Positions 21,537-30,351 of a stretch of DNA of 38,371 bases are shown piece by piece. Both the position numbers and the translations under genes were made by a program. Origin of the DNA: a virus (Duplodnaviria; Heunggongvirae; Uroviricota; Caudoviricetes); the IMG/VR virus record IMGVR_UViG_2563366865_000004, positions 1 to 38,371 of that record; one strand, given 5' to 3'. The notes below the pieces were generated by a model, which had not been told where the DNA came from, searched no databases, and saw only the letters and a list, made by a program, of their open reading frames with translations. Numbering within the stretch: the stretch's first letter is position 1; the number at the start of each line of letters is the position of its first letter.

Positions 21537-21583
21537 GCTTATGCGAATAGTGTTGCTCATTTGCTCAATGATGTCAACACGTT

Positions 21584-22072
21584 CTACGCTACATGTTTAA
21601 TTTTCTCTACACGTTTCCGGTTTTTAAACGCACTATCCAGAACCGGGTAAATCATAAACAACGAGGCATTGAGGATTTCGTCAACTTCCCGACGACAGGT
21701 TGCGAGCGATGGTTTTTGAATGCGCCCGCCGCCCCGGCATAACATCTTGCGAGGTCTTGCGACGCGATGATAGTAAGATGCAATGGCGTGCTTGGAAGAG
21801 CCGTGGGCGTAGTAGCTGAGGAGGATGCCAAAGGCTTTCTTGTCAATGTACATGACGGAATCGACGACCTGAGAAATCAACATTCCATCATCATCATTAC
21901 ACATTGGCCTTGTCATAACTCTTCCCGGCTCTACGCTCTCCATGAATTTCGCTATTACGCTGCTCATGCGCTTTTCCAGGCGGCCTGAATAAACCCATGC
22001 GCCCCACAGTTCAAGCCAGCCATTCAGCCAATCGTGCTGTTCTTTGGTGAGGTTTAGTTCTCTTATGCTCAT
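21584..22072 (-). CDS. Late gene antiterminator Q, 162 aa
   Basis: Position immediately upstream of the late leader and lysis genes; sequence resembles Q proteins of the non-lambda (82/21-like) type. Confidence 0.8.
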   Translation of the reverse strand: MSIRELNLTKEQHDWLNGWLELWGAWVYSGRLEKRMSSVIAKFMESVEPGRVMTRPMCNDDDGMLISQVVDSVMYIDKKAFGILLSYYAHGSSKHAIASYYHRVARPRKMLCRGGGRIQKPSLATCRREVDEILNASLFMIYPVLDSAFKNRKRVEKIKHVA

Positions 22073-22257
22073 CGCCTTCCCTTTTTTCCTGGCGTTACCA
22101 TCAGGACGCCGTTAACTATTACGTGACGCTCGCCTTTGCTGTCTCGGTTGTACTTGAGCACTGTTCCTCTTGCGCAGGAAAGCATCCTCGCCACTTCGGT
22201 CTGATTGCCTCGTGTCTGGATAAGAAGCTCTGGTATCGTTTGAATTGTGGCGTTCAT
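22069..22257 (-). CDS. ninH: NinH-like protein, 62 aa
   Basis: TIPELLIQTRGNQTEVARMLSCARGTVLKY resembles lambda NinH. Confidence 0.8.
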   Translation of the reverse strand: MNATIQTIPELLIQTRGNQTEVARMLSCARGTVLKYNRDSKGERHVIVNGVLMVTPGKKGRR

Positions 22258-22616
22258 ACGTTCTCCAGTTCAGTGATTTTTATACCAAGCCGTCCGCCTG
22301 GTACTTTCACACCACGAATTACGCGAATGTCATCGAATTGCTCGTCGTCTTCCGCAAATCCGGCGTGGATAAGGGAATCGAGTAAACCTTTCAGGATGTT
22401 ATCGAGGTCGCGGCGGCGGGAGTCTGGAACGTCTGCGATGACTTTGATGCGGAGTCGTGATTTGGTGAAAATGTCTAACTTGAGTTGGCGGATGATTTGC
22501 TGAACGTCTTTTCGGTATTTCTGGCCTTTATCGCTGATGTAGTATTGGCTTCCCCGTCTTCGCCAGTAGGTGTTCACCGACGGCGGGTATGGAAGCACAA
22601 ACTGATATTCGTTCAT
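22254..22616 (-). CDS. rusA: RusA-type Holliday junction resolvase, 120 aa
   Basis: PPSVNTYWRRRG ... DSRRRDLDNILKGLLDSL motifs typical of RusA. Confidence 0.9.
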   Translation of the reverse strand: MNEYQFVLPYPPSVNTYWRRRGSQYYISDKGQKYRKDVQQIIRQLKLDIFTKSRLRIKVIADVPDSRRRDLDNILKGLLDSLIHAGFAEDDEQFDDIRVIRGVKVPGGRLGIKITELENV

Positions 22617-22903
22617 GGCTTAATCTTCCCCTCCTTCAGCAGTATCGCCTGCGTCCTGATCACACCTTCGAGGTGGTAAAGTCTGGCGTCTTTGTTGTCG
22701 AGATTATGGGTGCGTCGGTCGATTTCATCGTGACACGCGCTACAAGCCCATGCGCCAATCAGGTCGTCAGGTTTCATTCCCGTTCCGCAAATTCCAGCCA
22801 TCCGGTAATGTGCCAGAACTGTAGTTTCAGGATTGCCATTGCATACGCCGTAAATACGTACCTGGCATTCTCTGCCGCGCGCTTCTTTGCGTAGGTTAGC
22901 CAT
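22613..22903 (-). CDS. YbcO-like (DUF1364) nin-region protein, 96 aa
   Basis: ARGRECQVRIYGVCNGNPETTVLAHYRMAGICGTG ... CSACHDEIDRRTH resembles E. coli prophage YbcO. Confidence 0.75.
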   Translation of the reverse strand: MANLRKEARGRECQVRIYGVCNGNPETTVLAHYRMAGICGTGMKPDDLIGAWACSACHDEIDRRTHNLDNKDARLYHLEGVIRTQAILLKEGKIKP

Positions 22904-23172
22904 TATGGTTCACTCCAGTAATTCTCAATTGCAGCAGCCATTCTCTGCATCCACTCAGCCAGCTTTAACGCGGCTTCTCTTTCAGAACCACATTTAGGGA
23001 AATCCTTCATTTCCATGCTGGCCTTATATGTTCTGAATGCCAGGTCTCCGGTAATAACCAACTCCTGATCAAGCACCGAGCGTTTATTTCGGTGTTGAAC
23101 GTAATAGACAGATTCAGTCCGCATTTCTTCTCTGTCTTTTTTGAAGGAAATAAGCTCAGAGAAATCACTCAT
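22903..23172 (-). CDS. Hypothetical nin-region protein, 89 aa
   Basis: ORF in operon context; start overlaps upstream stop. Confidence 0.55.
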   Translation of the reverse strand: MSDFSELISFKKDREEMRTESVYYVQHRNKRSVLDQELVITGDLAFRTYKASMEMKDFPKCGSEREAALKLAEWMQRMAAAIENYWSEP

Positions 23173-23359
23173 CGTCTTCTTCCTCGAACATTGAGCTATT
23201 CGGATCGCTCATCAGTTCTGCGCAGCAGTGCTCACACATGTGAACTTCCAGCACATGCAGCTTCTGACCGCAGTTAGCGCACGTTAAAGCTCGCTCGACG
23301 CTTTCTTGTTCGTAACTTCGATTTGGGTCAATCACCTTGTTTTCCTCATGCGGTTCCAT
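23165..23359 (-). CDS. ninF: NinF-like protein, 64 aa from internal Met (supplied ORF extends to 23626)
   Basis: C-terminal ALTCANCGQKLHVLEVHMCEHCCAELMSDPNSSMFEEEDDE resembles lambda/P22 NinF; true start uncertain. Confidence 0.6.
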   Translation of the reverse strand: MEPHEENKVIDPNRSYEQESVERALTCANCGQKLHVLEVHMCEHCCAELMSDPNSSMFEEEDDE

Positions 23360-23474
23360 TTGGCCTGTAACAGCCCGTAGACATAATCGAATGTCTTTAC
23401 CTGGCTTTCTGTGGGGATTGGTTTCTTGCGGGATTTGGTGCGTTTGGTAGGAGTAAAAATCAGGTTGTCTAACG

Positions 23475-23645
23475 CTATTTGAGTAATGCTTCGTCGCTGT
23501 CTCGCCACACGTCCTCCTTTTCCTGCGGTAGTGGTAACACCCCTGTTGGTGTTCTTTCACACCGGAGACACCATCGATTCCAGTAAGGTTGATTTGGTCG
23601 GAAGCGGTTATCTTCTTTGCATTCACCGCACCGATAACATCGCAT
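23475..23645 (-). CDS. Small CxxC zinc-finger-like nin-region protein, 56 aa
   Basis: [15 protein letters not shown] ... [11 protein letters not shown] overlaps ninB stop (TGATG). Confidence 0.5.
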   Translation of the reverse strand: MRCYRCGECKEDNRFRPNQPYWNRWCLRCERTPTGVLPLPQEKEDVWRDSDEALLK

Positions 23646-24073
23646 CATACTGCCCGATCTCCCCATCTCGCTTTCCACTCCAGAGCCAGTCGCGCTTCGT
23701 CTGACCACTTAACGCCACGTTCTGTACCGAATGCCTGTATAAGCTCTAATAACTCCGCAAATTCGCTTACACGCATCCTGCTGGTTGACTGGCCTATTAC
23801 CACAAAGCCATTCCCGGCAAGGTTAGGAACAACATCCTGCTGCTTTAATGCTGCGGTAAACACGCACTTCCAGCTTTCTGCATCCAGCCAGCGACCATGC
23901 CATTCAACCTGACGCGAAACGTCACCAAGGCAAGCCCAAAGCTTCCGATTTTGGTCTAAGCTGCGGTTGCGTTGCTTAAACTCGACAATGATGTCTAAAT
24001 CGCATGTCCTAAGGTACTGAATGGCGTTATATCTTATAGATTCATTGGTAAGGTGATATTTGACACATTTCAT
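23645..24073 (-). CDS. ninB: NinB (Orf-family recombination mediator), 142 aa, with a non-lambda N-terminal 28 residues
   Basis: From [37 protein letters not shown] to the end it matches lambda NinB as remembered; ATG one nt after the HNH stop with GAGGT RBS. Confidence 0.75.
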   Translation of the reverse strand: MKCVKYHLTNESIRYNAIQYLRTCDLDIIVEFKQRNRSLDQNRKLWACLGDVSRQVEWHGRWLDAESWKCVFTAALKQQDVVPNLAGNGFVVIGQSTSRMRVSEFAELLELIQAFGTERGVKWSDEARLALEWKARWGDRAV

Positions 24074-24074
24074 T

Positions 24075-24662
24075 TTAATACCTCGCAAATTCGCCGAAAC
24101 ATTCATCCGCTTTATTTGCATATACTTTATGAGCTTCCTTTGGGTCATCGTAAAACCCAAGATTAACTTTCCTCTTGTTGATTACGATTTGCGCCCTCCA
24201 TTTTCTTGATTTCTTATCCCATGAAACGCCTTTATATCCTGATTTGTTATTTGCCTTTTTGTTTACGTTTTGGATGTTTTGAGATCGAGTTGCCAATCTA
24301 AGGTTTGCTATACGATTGTCATCCCTAACGAGATTTATGTGGTCGATATCACTTTTTGGTAGACTGCCATTCATATAGAGCCACGCCAGCCTGTGTGCCT
24401 TATAAAGTTTTCCATCGACTTTTATTACCCAGTAGCCTTCGCTACTCTTATGCCCTGCGATATCCCCTGCATTCATTCTCTGGCATTTCTTTACTTTCCA
24501 TGTGAATTTCCCTGTTAACTCATCGTAGAGAAGGACTTCTTTTAGTCTCTGCTGAGTTATTTGATTGATTGGTTTGGTTGGGTCTGGAAGAATTTGCTGT
24601 ACTGCGTGAATAGCGTTTTGCTGATGTGCTGGAGATCGAATTTCAAAGGTTAGTTTTTTCAT
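24075..24662 (-). CDS. HNH homing endonuclease (HNH_3 plus AP2-like domain), 195 aa, carrying the first 32 codons of lambda-type ninB as an in-frame N-terminal fusion
   Basis: MKKLTFEIRSPAHQQNAIHAVQQILPDPTKPI (lambda NinB N-terminus) followed by GYWVIKVDGKLYKAHRLAWLYMNGSLPKSDIDHINLVRDDNRIANLRL and SGYKGVSWDKKSRKWRAQI. Confidence 0.8.
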   Translation of the reverse strand: MKKLTFEIRSPAHQQNAIHAVQQILPDPTKPINQITQQRLKEVLLYDELTGKFTWKVKKCQRMNAGDIAGHKSSEGYWVIKVDGKLYKAHRLAWLYMNGSLPKSDIDHINLVRDDNRIANLRLATRSQNIQNVNKKANNKSGYKGVSWDKKSRKWRAQIVINKRKVNLGFYDDPKEAHKVYANKADECFGEFARY

Positions 24663-24680
24663 GACTTCCCTCTCCCCCAA

Positions 24681-24710
24681 ATAAAAAGGCCTGCGATTAC
24701 CAGCAGGCCT
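24681..24710 (-). terminator. tR2-like rho-independent terminator between helicase and nin region
   Basis: Minus strand AGGCCTGC-TGGTAATC-GCAGGCCT followed by TTTTTAT; matches lambda tR2 as remembered. Confidence 0.8.
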
Positions 24711-24735
24711 GTTATTAGCTCAGTGATGTAGATGG

Positions 24736-27129
24736 TCATACGTCCGCCCCTTGTGCATATCGTCTGCCACGTGCAGCGGGTGCATTTGATGTTGTGCAAA
24801 TCTGTCTGGCTTCATCCTGGTCACATGCAACAAAGTGTCCGTTGCAGAACCGCTGGTAAACCGTACCAAGTGAGCCAAAACGGTTTTTCGTCACGATGAT
24901 TTCAGCAAATGGCGCGGCGCTACTGTTCTCGTCATATACCGCTTCCCGATAGAGCATGATGATTGAGTCTGCGTCCTGCTCAATGCTTCCTGAATCACGC
25001 AAATCTGCGTTTGTCGGGCGTTTGTTTGGTCGCTTCTCAACATCGCGCGAAAGCTGACTCAGGGAGATAACAGGCGTTTTCAGGTCTTTCGCCATCGCCT
25101 TAAGGCTTCCTGAGATGTGAGCAATTGCGAGGTCGTTGCGGTCTGCTTTCGGCTTCTCAATCAGGCCAAGATAATCCGCCATGATGAGTGACAGGTTTGG
25201 ATTTTCCTGTTTGTGCCGTTCTGCGATTGAGCGTATTTCTTCGACCGATAACCGCGAGGCATCGACTACCCATACATCCAAATCTGCAAGCTGACTCATG
25301 CCGTTAGCAACACGCGCCCAGCCTTCGTCATCCATCGATGCAGGATTTCGCAGTACGCTAACCGACATCCTCCCGGCGTTGGCAATGCTTCGCTCTGCAA
25401 TCTGCAATGCGCTCATTTCCATTGAGAAAATCAATACCCCGCGCCGGACGTCAGAACCAGGAATAACGCGGCTTGCAACGCCTTCGGCAATCTTCAGCGC
25501 CAGTTCCGTATTGTGCGTAACGATGTAATCCGTTGTCACATAGAGATGGCTAGGATGGCTTACCATGATGCAGAGACACTCTTCTGGCTCAACAACTTCA
25601 ACCGATTTGATACCCACACCAAGGTCGCCAAGCCTGTTAATCCCGAGATTTTTGCGTAAACGTGGTGAGTGAATTTGCTCTATCAAAGATGATGGCAACT
25701 TCATGCTGACCATGTGTGCATCAAGTCCGTCATGCTTCTCTCCTTTGTACGTGTAAACTATTCCCGTCCTGCTGGATTCTTTGGCGGTTCCACCTAAAGA
25801 TCTAACAAGCCTTACTAATCCTTTAGCTAATTTCTGACTGGATGAACTAAAGCGGATGCATCCGGACTTCTCAACCCAGCCATCTGTCTCGAGAAGGCCA
25901 GTTAAAACACCGGTACGTATTTCTTTGCTAGCACTAAAAATTTCTGCTGGGATTTCCTTCTCGGACGCACCTTTCCCGATCATCCCAATGCCACGTAGTT
26001 TGTCCAATAGTGGGTTCTTCTGGCCTTTTTGGTTGCTTATCAAATAATCATTCTCTCCTACCTTAACCAGTCGCAGTGGTGCAATTGCATCACTCATGCG
26101 GCTCAGGACATATTCTTCCGAGTTGGTGAATTTGATGCCTTTTATCAACGAACCGTCACCAAGTAGAGCCCCAATAACCCAACCATCAAGGGGAATATTT
26201 TTACCAAAGTCTCCGGTCAAGGATGGCACTCTTATTCTTCCCTGATAACGTGTTTTTTGTAGCATCCCAGCCAGCGCATCAGTATCAACAACGCGCTTAC
26301 CAGTAAATCTTGATGATGAAATTTCCCATAAGTGGTTGTCGGCACATTTCACGCTACGTCCGTCTTCAAAGGTGACTAAATATGTGAATTTCTTCCCTTG
26401 CGGGAAGACGCCAATTACCTCCGAAGGAAGCCCGTCTATTGACGCGATGCGATCGCCAATTTTGACTTCTCCGTGAGTAGTCCAGGTGCCATCTGCAAGT
26501 AAAATCCCTTCGCTTAGCGCCATTGCTTTCCCCATACCAGGACGAGCAGCGATAATCACCAGGTCTTCCGCGTTCATCCCTCCGGTGATGGCGTCAAGTT
26601 CTTCGATTCCGGTCTTCAGGGTATCTGACTCTTCTCCGTTCCTCAGACGCCTGTCAAGCGTGTCAGTGTAGTCAGTTATGATTTCCCCTAACCGTACAGG
26701 TTTAACCTCGTCACGGGGCTTTCTGATGGCTGAAAGACGTTTTACCAGTTCATCCATCGCCTGACTCGATGCGTCGATGGTTCCGCTCTGAATTGGTTCA
26801 CGCATTTCATCCATGATTTCCAGCACCAGACGGCGGTGATAGTTATCCGCGACCATTCCGGCATATCCCTTCAGGTTTGCGGCGCTCGGGCAGTTTTTGC
26901 TGGTCATCAGGATTGACGTGAAATGCTCCTCTCCGCACGCCTCGGCAACCATCAACGCGTCGATTAGGTTTCTGTTTCGCGCCTGCTTCCGGATAACTTC
27001 GAAGGCTTTCCGGTAGAGCGGAATTGAAAACGCTTCCGGCTCAAGCGTTGCCAGAACGTCACTGGCGGTTGGAGTTAATCCACCAATCAGCAGGCCACCG
27101 ATAACGCTCGCTTCGATATCCTGTCTCAT
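24736..27129 (-). CDS. DnaB-type replicative helicase (P22 gp12-like) precursor, 797 aa, interrupted by a 339-aa intein in the Walker A motif
   Basis: N-extein 201 aa ending AARPGMGK and C-extein 257 aa starting [10 protein letters not shown] rejoin to a canonical P-loop; exteins total 458 aa. Confidence 0.9.
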   Translation of the reverse strand: MRQDIEASVIGGLLIGGLTPTASDVLATLEPEAFSIPLYRKAFEVIRKQARNRNLIDALMVAEACGEEHFTSILMTSKNCPSAANLKGYAGMVADNYHRRLVLEIMDEMREPIQSGTIDASSQAMDELVKRLSAIRKPRDEVKPVRLGEIITDYTDTLDRRLRNGEESDTLKTGIEELDAITGGMNAEDLVIIAARPGMGKAMALSEGILLADGTWTTHGEVKIGDRIASIDGLPSEVIGVFPQGKKFTYLVTFEDGRSVKCADNHLWEISSSRFTGKRVVDTDALAGMLQKTRYQGRIRVPSLTGDFGKNIPLDGWVIGALLGDGSLIKGIKFTNSEEYVLSRMSDAIAPLRLVKVGENDYLISNQKGQKNPLLDKLRGIGMIGKGASEKEIPAEIFSASKEIRTGVLTGLLETDGWVEKSGCIRFSSSSQKLAKGLVRLVRSLGGTAKESSRTGIVYTYKGEKHDGLDAHMVSMKLPSSLIEQIHSPRLRKNLGINRLGDLGVGIKSVEVVEPEECLCIMVSHPSHLYVTTDYIVTHNTELALKIAEGVASRVIPGSDVRRGVLIFSMEMSALQIAERSIANAGRMSVSVLRNPASMDDEGWARVANGMSQLADLDVWVVDASRLSVEEIRSIAERHKQENPNLSLIMADYLGLIEKPKADRNDLAIAHISGSLKAMAKDLKTPVISLSQLSRDVEKRPNKRPTNADLRDSGSIEQDADSIIMLYREAVYDENSSAAPFAEIIVTKNRFGSLGTVYQRFCNGHFVACDQDEARQICTTSNAPAARGRRYAQGADV
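25510..26526 (-). mobile_element. Intein (339 aa) with LAGLIDADG homing endonuclease domain; class-3-like features
   Basis: Starts [10 protein letters not shown] (Ala1), ends YIVTHN with +1 Thr; Trp in block B (ADNHLWEI), Cys in block F region (EECLCIM), Thr three residues from the C-terminus; LAGLIDADG-like [14 protein letters not shown] and [13 protein letters not shown]. Confidence 0.8.
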
Positions 27130-28073
27130 GCAATCCCCCTGTCTGCAAACTTCCCTTCCCGAACTCCCGTTAACGAGTCTTCCCTCAGCAGGTAATCAAA
27201 ATCAGCCGTCCAGCCCGTGTCGTTGTCTCCGAAGTAAAACGGCTTGGCCTGATGCACAAACGCCCTGACATACGCTCTGAAACCGTCCACATTTGGCGTT
27301 TTCAGTTGCGGGATGATTTTCTTCAGGCGGCGTTTGCGTTTCTCGTTGACCGCAACAGCGTGTGGCAGTCTGTCACCGACTTCGGTGTTGTAGGCGTTCA
27401 GGAAGGATTCGTAGTCGATTCGTTCTGCCTTGCGACGTTCAGGTTTAACCTGCCCATCGCCTCCCCCATTGGGGGGTAGGGGGGTATTATTTATATTCTT
27501 GTTAATACCTTCTTGTTCATGATGTGCGGTTGTTTGTGCGGCTTCATGTGCGCTTTCATGTGTGGCATGTACGCTGAAAGCCGCGCCATTACTGGCTTCA
27601 TCATGTGCGGCATCATGTGCGGTTGTTTGTGCGGCTTCATGTGCGGGTGAATTGTCCATTTTTTGAGCGTATTCATGGTAATTTGTGATGGTGATCACAC
27701 GCCCTTTTTGCTTCTCTCCATCAATGGAAATCATCCCCTCTTTCACAAAAACCTGAAGCATCCGCTCAACCTGATCACGGCTTGCTGGCTTGCCATGCCT
27801 GTCGCATAACTGAAGACCTAAATCAGCTGCTGTCACAACCAGTTGACCGGGTTGCAGATGCCATTCATGACCTTTGAAATTCGCTTTGTATGGCTTTCTG
27901 GCGGCATTCAGGAGAAGGTTTTCCCACAGGGTGCGAAGATAAACATCTTTCGCCCATGACTGTTTCAGAATGCTCCGGTACAACGGAATGTAACCAGTTT
28001 TCTGGTTCTCCATCCTGTTGCTCCTGCGCTCGTGTGCGGCGCTGAAATCGTAGATTTTTGCTGTATTGCTCAT
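27126..28073 (-). CDS. Replication initiator (lambda O / P22 gp18-like), 315 aa
   Basis: N-terminus [10 protein letters not shown] resembles lambda O; internal His/Ala-rich repeats encoded by the ori iterons; directly upstream of helicase. Confidence 0.8.
   Translation of the reverse strand: MSNTAKIYDFSAAHERRSNRMENQKTGYIPLYRSILKQSWAKDVYLRTLWENLLLNAARKPYKANFKGHEWHLQPGQLVVTAADLGLQLCDRHGKPASRDQVERMLQVFVKEGMISIDGEKQKGRVITITNYHEYAQKMDNSPAHEAAQTTAHDAAHDEASNGAAFSVHATHESAHEAAQTTAHHEQEGINKNINNTPLPPNGGGDGQVKPERRKAERIDYESFLNAYNTEVGDRLPHAVAVNEKRKRRLKKIIPQLKTPNVDGFRAYVRAFVHQAKPFYFGDNDTGWTADFDYLLREDSLTGVREGKFADRGIA
27517..27650. repeat. Candidate origin of replication: iteron-like direct repeats inside the initiator gene, with adjacent AT-rich stretch (27481-27512)
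   Basis: Perfect 30-nt direct repeat TGTGCGGTTGTTTGTGCGGCTTCATGTGCG at 27523-27552 and 27617-27646; about seven copies of TGTGCGG. Confidence 0.55.
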
Positions 28074-28075
28074 AA

Positions 28076-28348
28076 CTACCTGCCTTGACGAAAGACCTTA
28101 AGAACATCGTTAAACTGACTTACGGATATGTCTTCTTTGAGAAGCTTTTCCAGAAATGCGTTTGGAATGAACGTATATCCCTCCTCTTTTGGTAGAGACG
28201 GGAGCAACGCCCTCGCCTCAGCCTTCAGAAACTCAGTTCTGGCAACTTTCACAAAAGAGATTTGAGTTCTTTCATCAATGGAACGAAGGAAGCGCAAACG
28301 CTTAGCTTCTTTGTGTGTATCAGGTGGATTAAAGCCTTTGTTTCGCAT
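28076..28348 (-). CDS. Hypothetical protein, 90 aa, inserted between cII and the initiator gene
   Basis: Internal Met with GAGGT RBS chosen; the longer supplied ORF would overlap cII in another frame. Confidence 0.5.
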   Translation of the reverse strand: MRNKGFNPPDTHKEAKRLRFLRSIDERTQISFVKVARTEFLKAEARALLPSLPKEEGYTFIPNAFLEKLLKEDISVSQFNDVLKVFRQGR

Positions 28349-28370
28349 ATAATTACCTCGTTGGATGTTG

Positions 28371-28664
28371 TTAAAATTCCATTTGTATTTGATCAGAACG
28401 CTCGGTTGCCGCCGGGCGTTTTTTATTGGTGAGAATCGAAGCAACTTGTCGTGCCAATCGAGCCATGTCGTCGTCGACGACACCCCATTCAAGAACAGCA
28501 AGCAGCATTGAGAACTTTGGAATCCAGTCCCTCTTCCACCTGCTGATCTGCGACTTATCAACTCCCACAGCTTCCGCTGTCTTCTCAGTTCCAAGCATTG
28601 CGATTTTGTTAAGCAACGCACTCTCGATTCGTAGAGCCTCGTTGCGTTTGTTTGCACGAACCAT
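28371..28664 (-). CDS. cII: CII transcriptional activator, 97 aa, lambda-type
   Basis: MVRANKRNEALRIESALLNKIAMLGTEKTAEAVGVDKSQISRWKRDWIPKFSMLL matches lambda CII; upstream TTGTTAAGGAAATACTTACATATG identical to lambda as remembered. Confidence 0.9.
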   Translation of the reverse strand: MVRANKRNEALRIESALLNKIAMLGTEKTAEAVGVDKSQISRWKRDWIPKFSMLLAVLEWGVVDDDMARLARQVASILTNKKRPAATERSDQIQMEF

Positions 28665-28723
28665 ATGTAAGTATTTCCTTAACAAATAAGAAGTTATGCG
28701 CATCAACTTATGCGCGTTGTATT

Positions 28724-28766
28724 CCCGCATTTCGGCGGGAATGAGGACCATGACTGTTAAAGAGCA
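28724..28766 (-). promoter_or_regulatory. nutR (boxA plus boxB)
   Basis: Minus strand boxA TGCTCTTTAACA then boxB hairpin CCCGCCGAAATGCGGG between cro and cII. Confidence 0.6.
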
Positions 28767-28772
28767 ATTTGC

Positions 28773-28958
28773 TTATGCCGCTTTGCGGTAAGCGCTTTCT
28801 TGATACTTCAGGGCGCCAGCTGTAACGACTTCCAGTCGATAGGCGTCTTTCTCTGGGATGACTTCCTTCCACTGAGAGACTGCTGCGTCGCTAATGCCTA
28901 ACGCTTTAGCTACAGCACGCTGGGTTCCGAAGTGGTCGATAACATCTTTCTTGTACAT
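28773..28958 (-). CDS. cro: Cro repressor, 61 aa, P22-type
   Basis: MYKKDVIDHFGTQRAVAKALGISDAAVSQWKEVIPEKDAYRLE matches P22 Cro as remembered. Confidence 0.9.
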   Translation of the reverse strand: MYKKDVIDHFGTQRAVAKALGISDAAVSQWKEVIPEKDAYRLEVVTAGALKYQESAYRKAA

Positions 28959-29038
28959 AGACTCGCTCCGAAATTAAAGAACACTTAAATTGTCCACTAA
29001 AGGAATCTTAAGTCAAGTTTATTTAAGATGTCTTAACT
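28959..29038. promoter_or_regulatory. OR operator / PR-PRM region
   Basis: Divergent cro and c2 starts; partial dyads containing TTAAG half-sites, e.g. ATTTAAGATGTCTTAACT abutting the c2 ATG (leaderless PRM transcript implied). Confidence 0.6.
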
Positions 29039-29689
29039 ATGAAAACTCAATTGATGGGAGAGCGCATTCGCGCTCGGAGAAAAGAACTCAAGATCAGGCA
29101 GGCCGCACTTGGAAAGATGGTCGGCGTGTCTAATGTTGCCATATCTCAGTGGGAACGCTCTGAGACAGAGCCAAATGGAGAGAATCTTCTCGCCCTGGCT
29201 AATGCGTTGAAGTGTTCCCCTGACTATCTGATGAAAGGAGAGGAAAGTCTTTCAAACATTGCCTATCACAGTAGGCATGATCCAAGAGGGTCATACCCTC
29301 TGATTAGCTGGGTGAGCGCAGGATGCTGGATGGAAGCTGTAGAACCATATCATAAGCGTGCAATAGATAACTGGTACGATACAACCGTAGACTGTTCAGA
29401 CGATTCGTTTTGGTTGGACGTGAAGGGAGACTCAATGACGGCTCCGGCCGGTCTCAGTATCCCTGAAGGAATGATAATACTCGTCGATCCTGAAGTAGAG
29501 CCGCGTAACGGGAAACTGGTAGTTGCAAAGCTCGAAGGAGAAAACGAGGCAACTTTCAAGAAGTTAGTTATTGATGCAGGCAGGAAGTTTCTAAAACCAC
29601 TTAACCCACAATATCCGATGATCGAGATCAACGGGAACTGCAAAATCATCGGCGTAGTTGTCGATGCAAAACTAGCAAACCTTCCATAA
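29039..29689 (+). CDS. c2: C2 repressor (LexA-like autocleaving CI-family), 216 aa, P22-type
   Basis: MKTQLMGERIRARRKELKIRQAALGKMVGVSNVAISQWERSETEPNGENLLAL and C-terminal peptidase domain match P22 C2. Confidence 0.95.
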   Translation: MKTQLMGERIRARRKELKIRQAALGKMVGVSNVAISQWERSETEPNGENLLALANALKCSPDYLMKGEESLSNIAYHSRHDPRGSYPLISWVSAGCWMEAVEPYHKRAIDNWYDTTVDCSDDSFWLDVKGDSMTAPAGLSIPEGMIILVDPEVEPRNGKLVVAKLEGENEATFKKLVIDAGRKFLKPLNPQYPMIEINGNCKIIGVVVDAKLANLP

Positions 29690-29712
29690 GGGGGCATTCG
29701 CCCCTTTTTTTA
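29688..29712 (+). terminator. Rho-independent terminator after c2
   Basis: GGGGC-ATTC-GCCCC followed by TTTTTTTT. Confidence 0.85.
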
Positions 29713-29853
29713 TTTCCTTTAAAAATCAAAGCCAAACTTAAGTTACGAAAGAAAATTTAAGTTTTCTTCAAAAATACTCTTGACCATTAATTAAAGAGAT
29801 CTTAAATTTAAGCCATCAGCAGGACGCTGGTAGCCAAACGGAACAGATTGGCA

Positions 29854-29894
29854 GGCTCTTTAACATTGATGGAATTGTCCCGCCGAAATGCGGG
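29854..29894 (+). promoter_or_regulatory. nutL (boxA plus boxB), downstream of the presumed PL/OL region (about 29720-29800)
   Basis: GGCTCTTTAACA then the same boxB hairpin CCCGCCGAAATGCGGG as nutR. Confidence 0.6.
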
Positions 29895-30037
29895 AACCAA
29901 AGAGTAGTTGGCTTTGGGATTGGATGAATGCGCAGGCTGATGCGCGCAGGAGAGCTTCGGGAGAACAAGGTGCCTGTAAATAAGCCGGAGTTCAGCACCG
30001 GCCATCCAATCGCCAAAGTCAATCATCGGAGGTCAAC

Positions 30038-30343
30038 ATGGCAGTAGTCATTACATATCTGGCTGACGATAACGCCAGAAATCGCCGCAGAGCACGCAGA
30101 CAGGCTCAACGTGAACAGGCAATGCAAGAGCAGCGACTGGCGCGAAAAATTGCGCTAAAGCTCTCTGGTTGCGTCAGAGCAGATAAAGCAGCATCACTCG
30201 GAAGCCTTCGCTGCAAGAAGGCAGAAGAAGTCGAGCGTAAACAGAACCGTATTTACTACCGCAAGCCACGCAGTGAAATGGGTGTGACTTGCTCAGGCCG
30301 CCAGAAACAACGCGGAAAATCAATTCCAGCTTATTACGATTGA
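30038..30343 (+). CDS. N-like antiterminator (P22 gp24-like), 101 aa
   Basis: N-terminal arginine-rich motif NARNRRRARRQAQREQ; first gene after nutL. Confidence 0.75.
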   Translation: MAVVITYLADDNARNRRRARRQAQREQAMQEQRLARKIALKLSGCVRADKAASLGSLRCKKAEEVERKQNRIYYRKPRSEMGVTCSGRQKQRGKSIPAYYD

Positions 30344-30351
30344 GGTGAGCC

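Noticed and set aside
23360-23626. N-terminal 89 residues of the supplied 153-aa NinF ORF
   Set aside because: Only the C-terminal 64 residues resemble NinF; the upstream part has no support, but a longer protein or a degraded upstream gene cannot be excluded.
28371-28751. Longer 126-aa form of the cII ORF and the 193-aa ORF at 28076-28657
   Set aside because: The conserved CII sequence begins at the internal MVRANK with the lambda-type RBS; the upstream extensions overlap the nutR region and each other in different frames.
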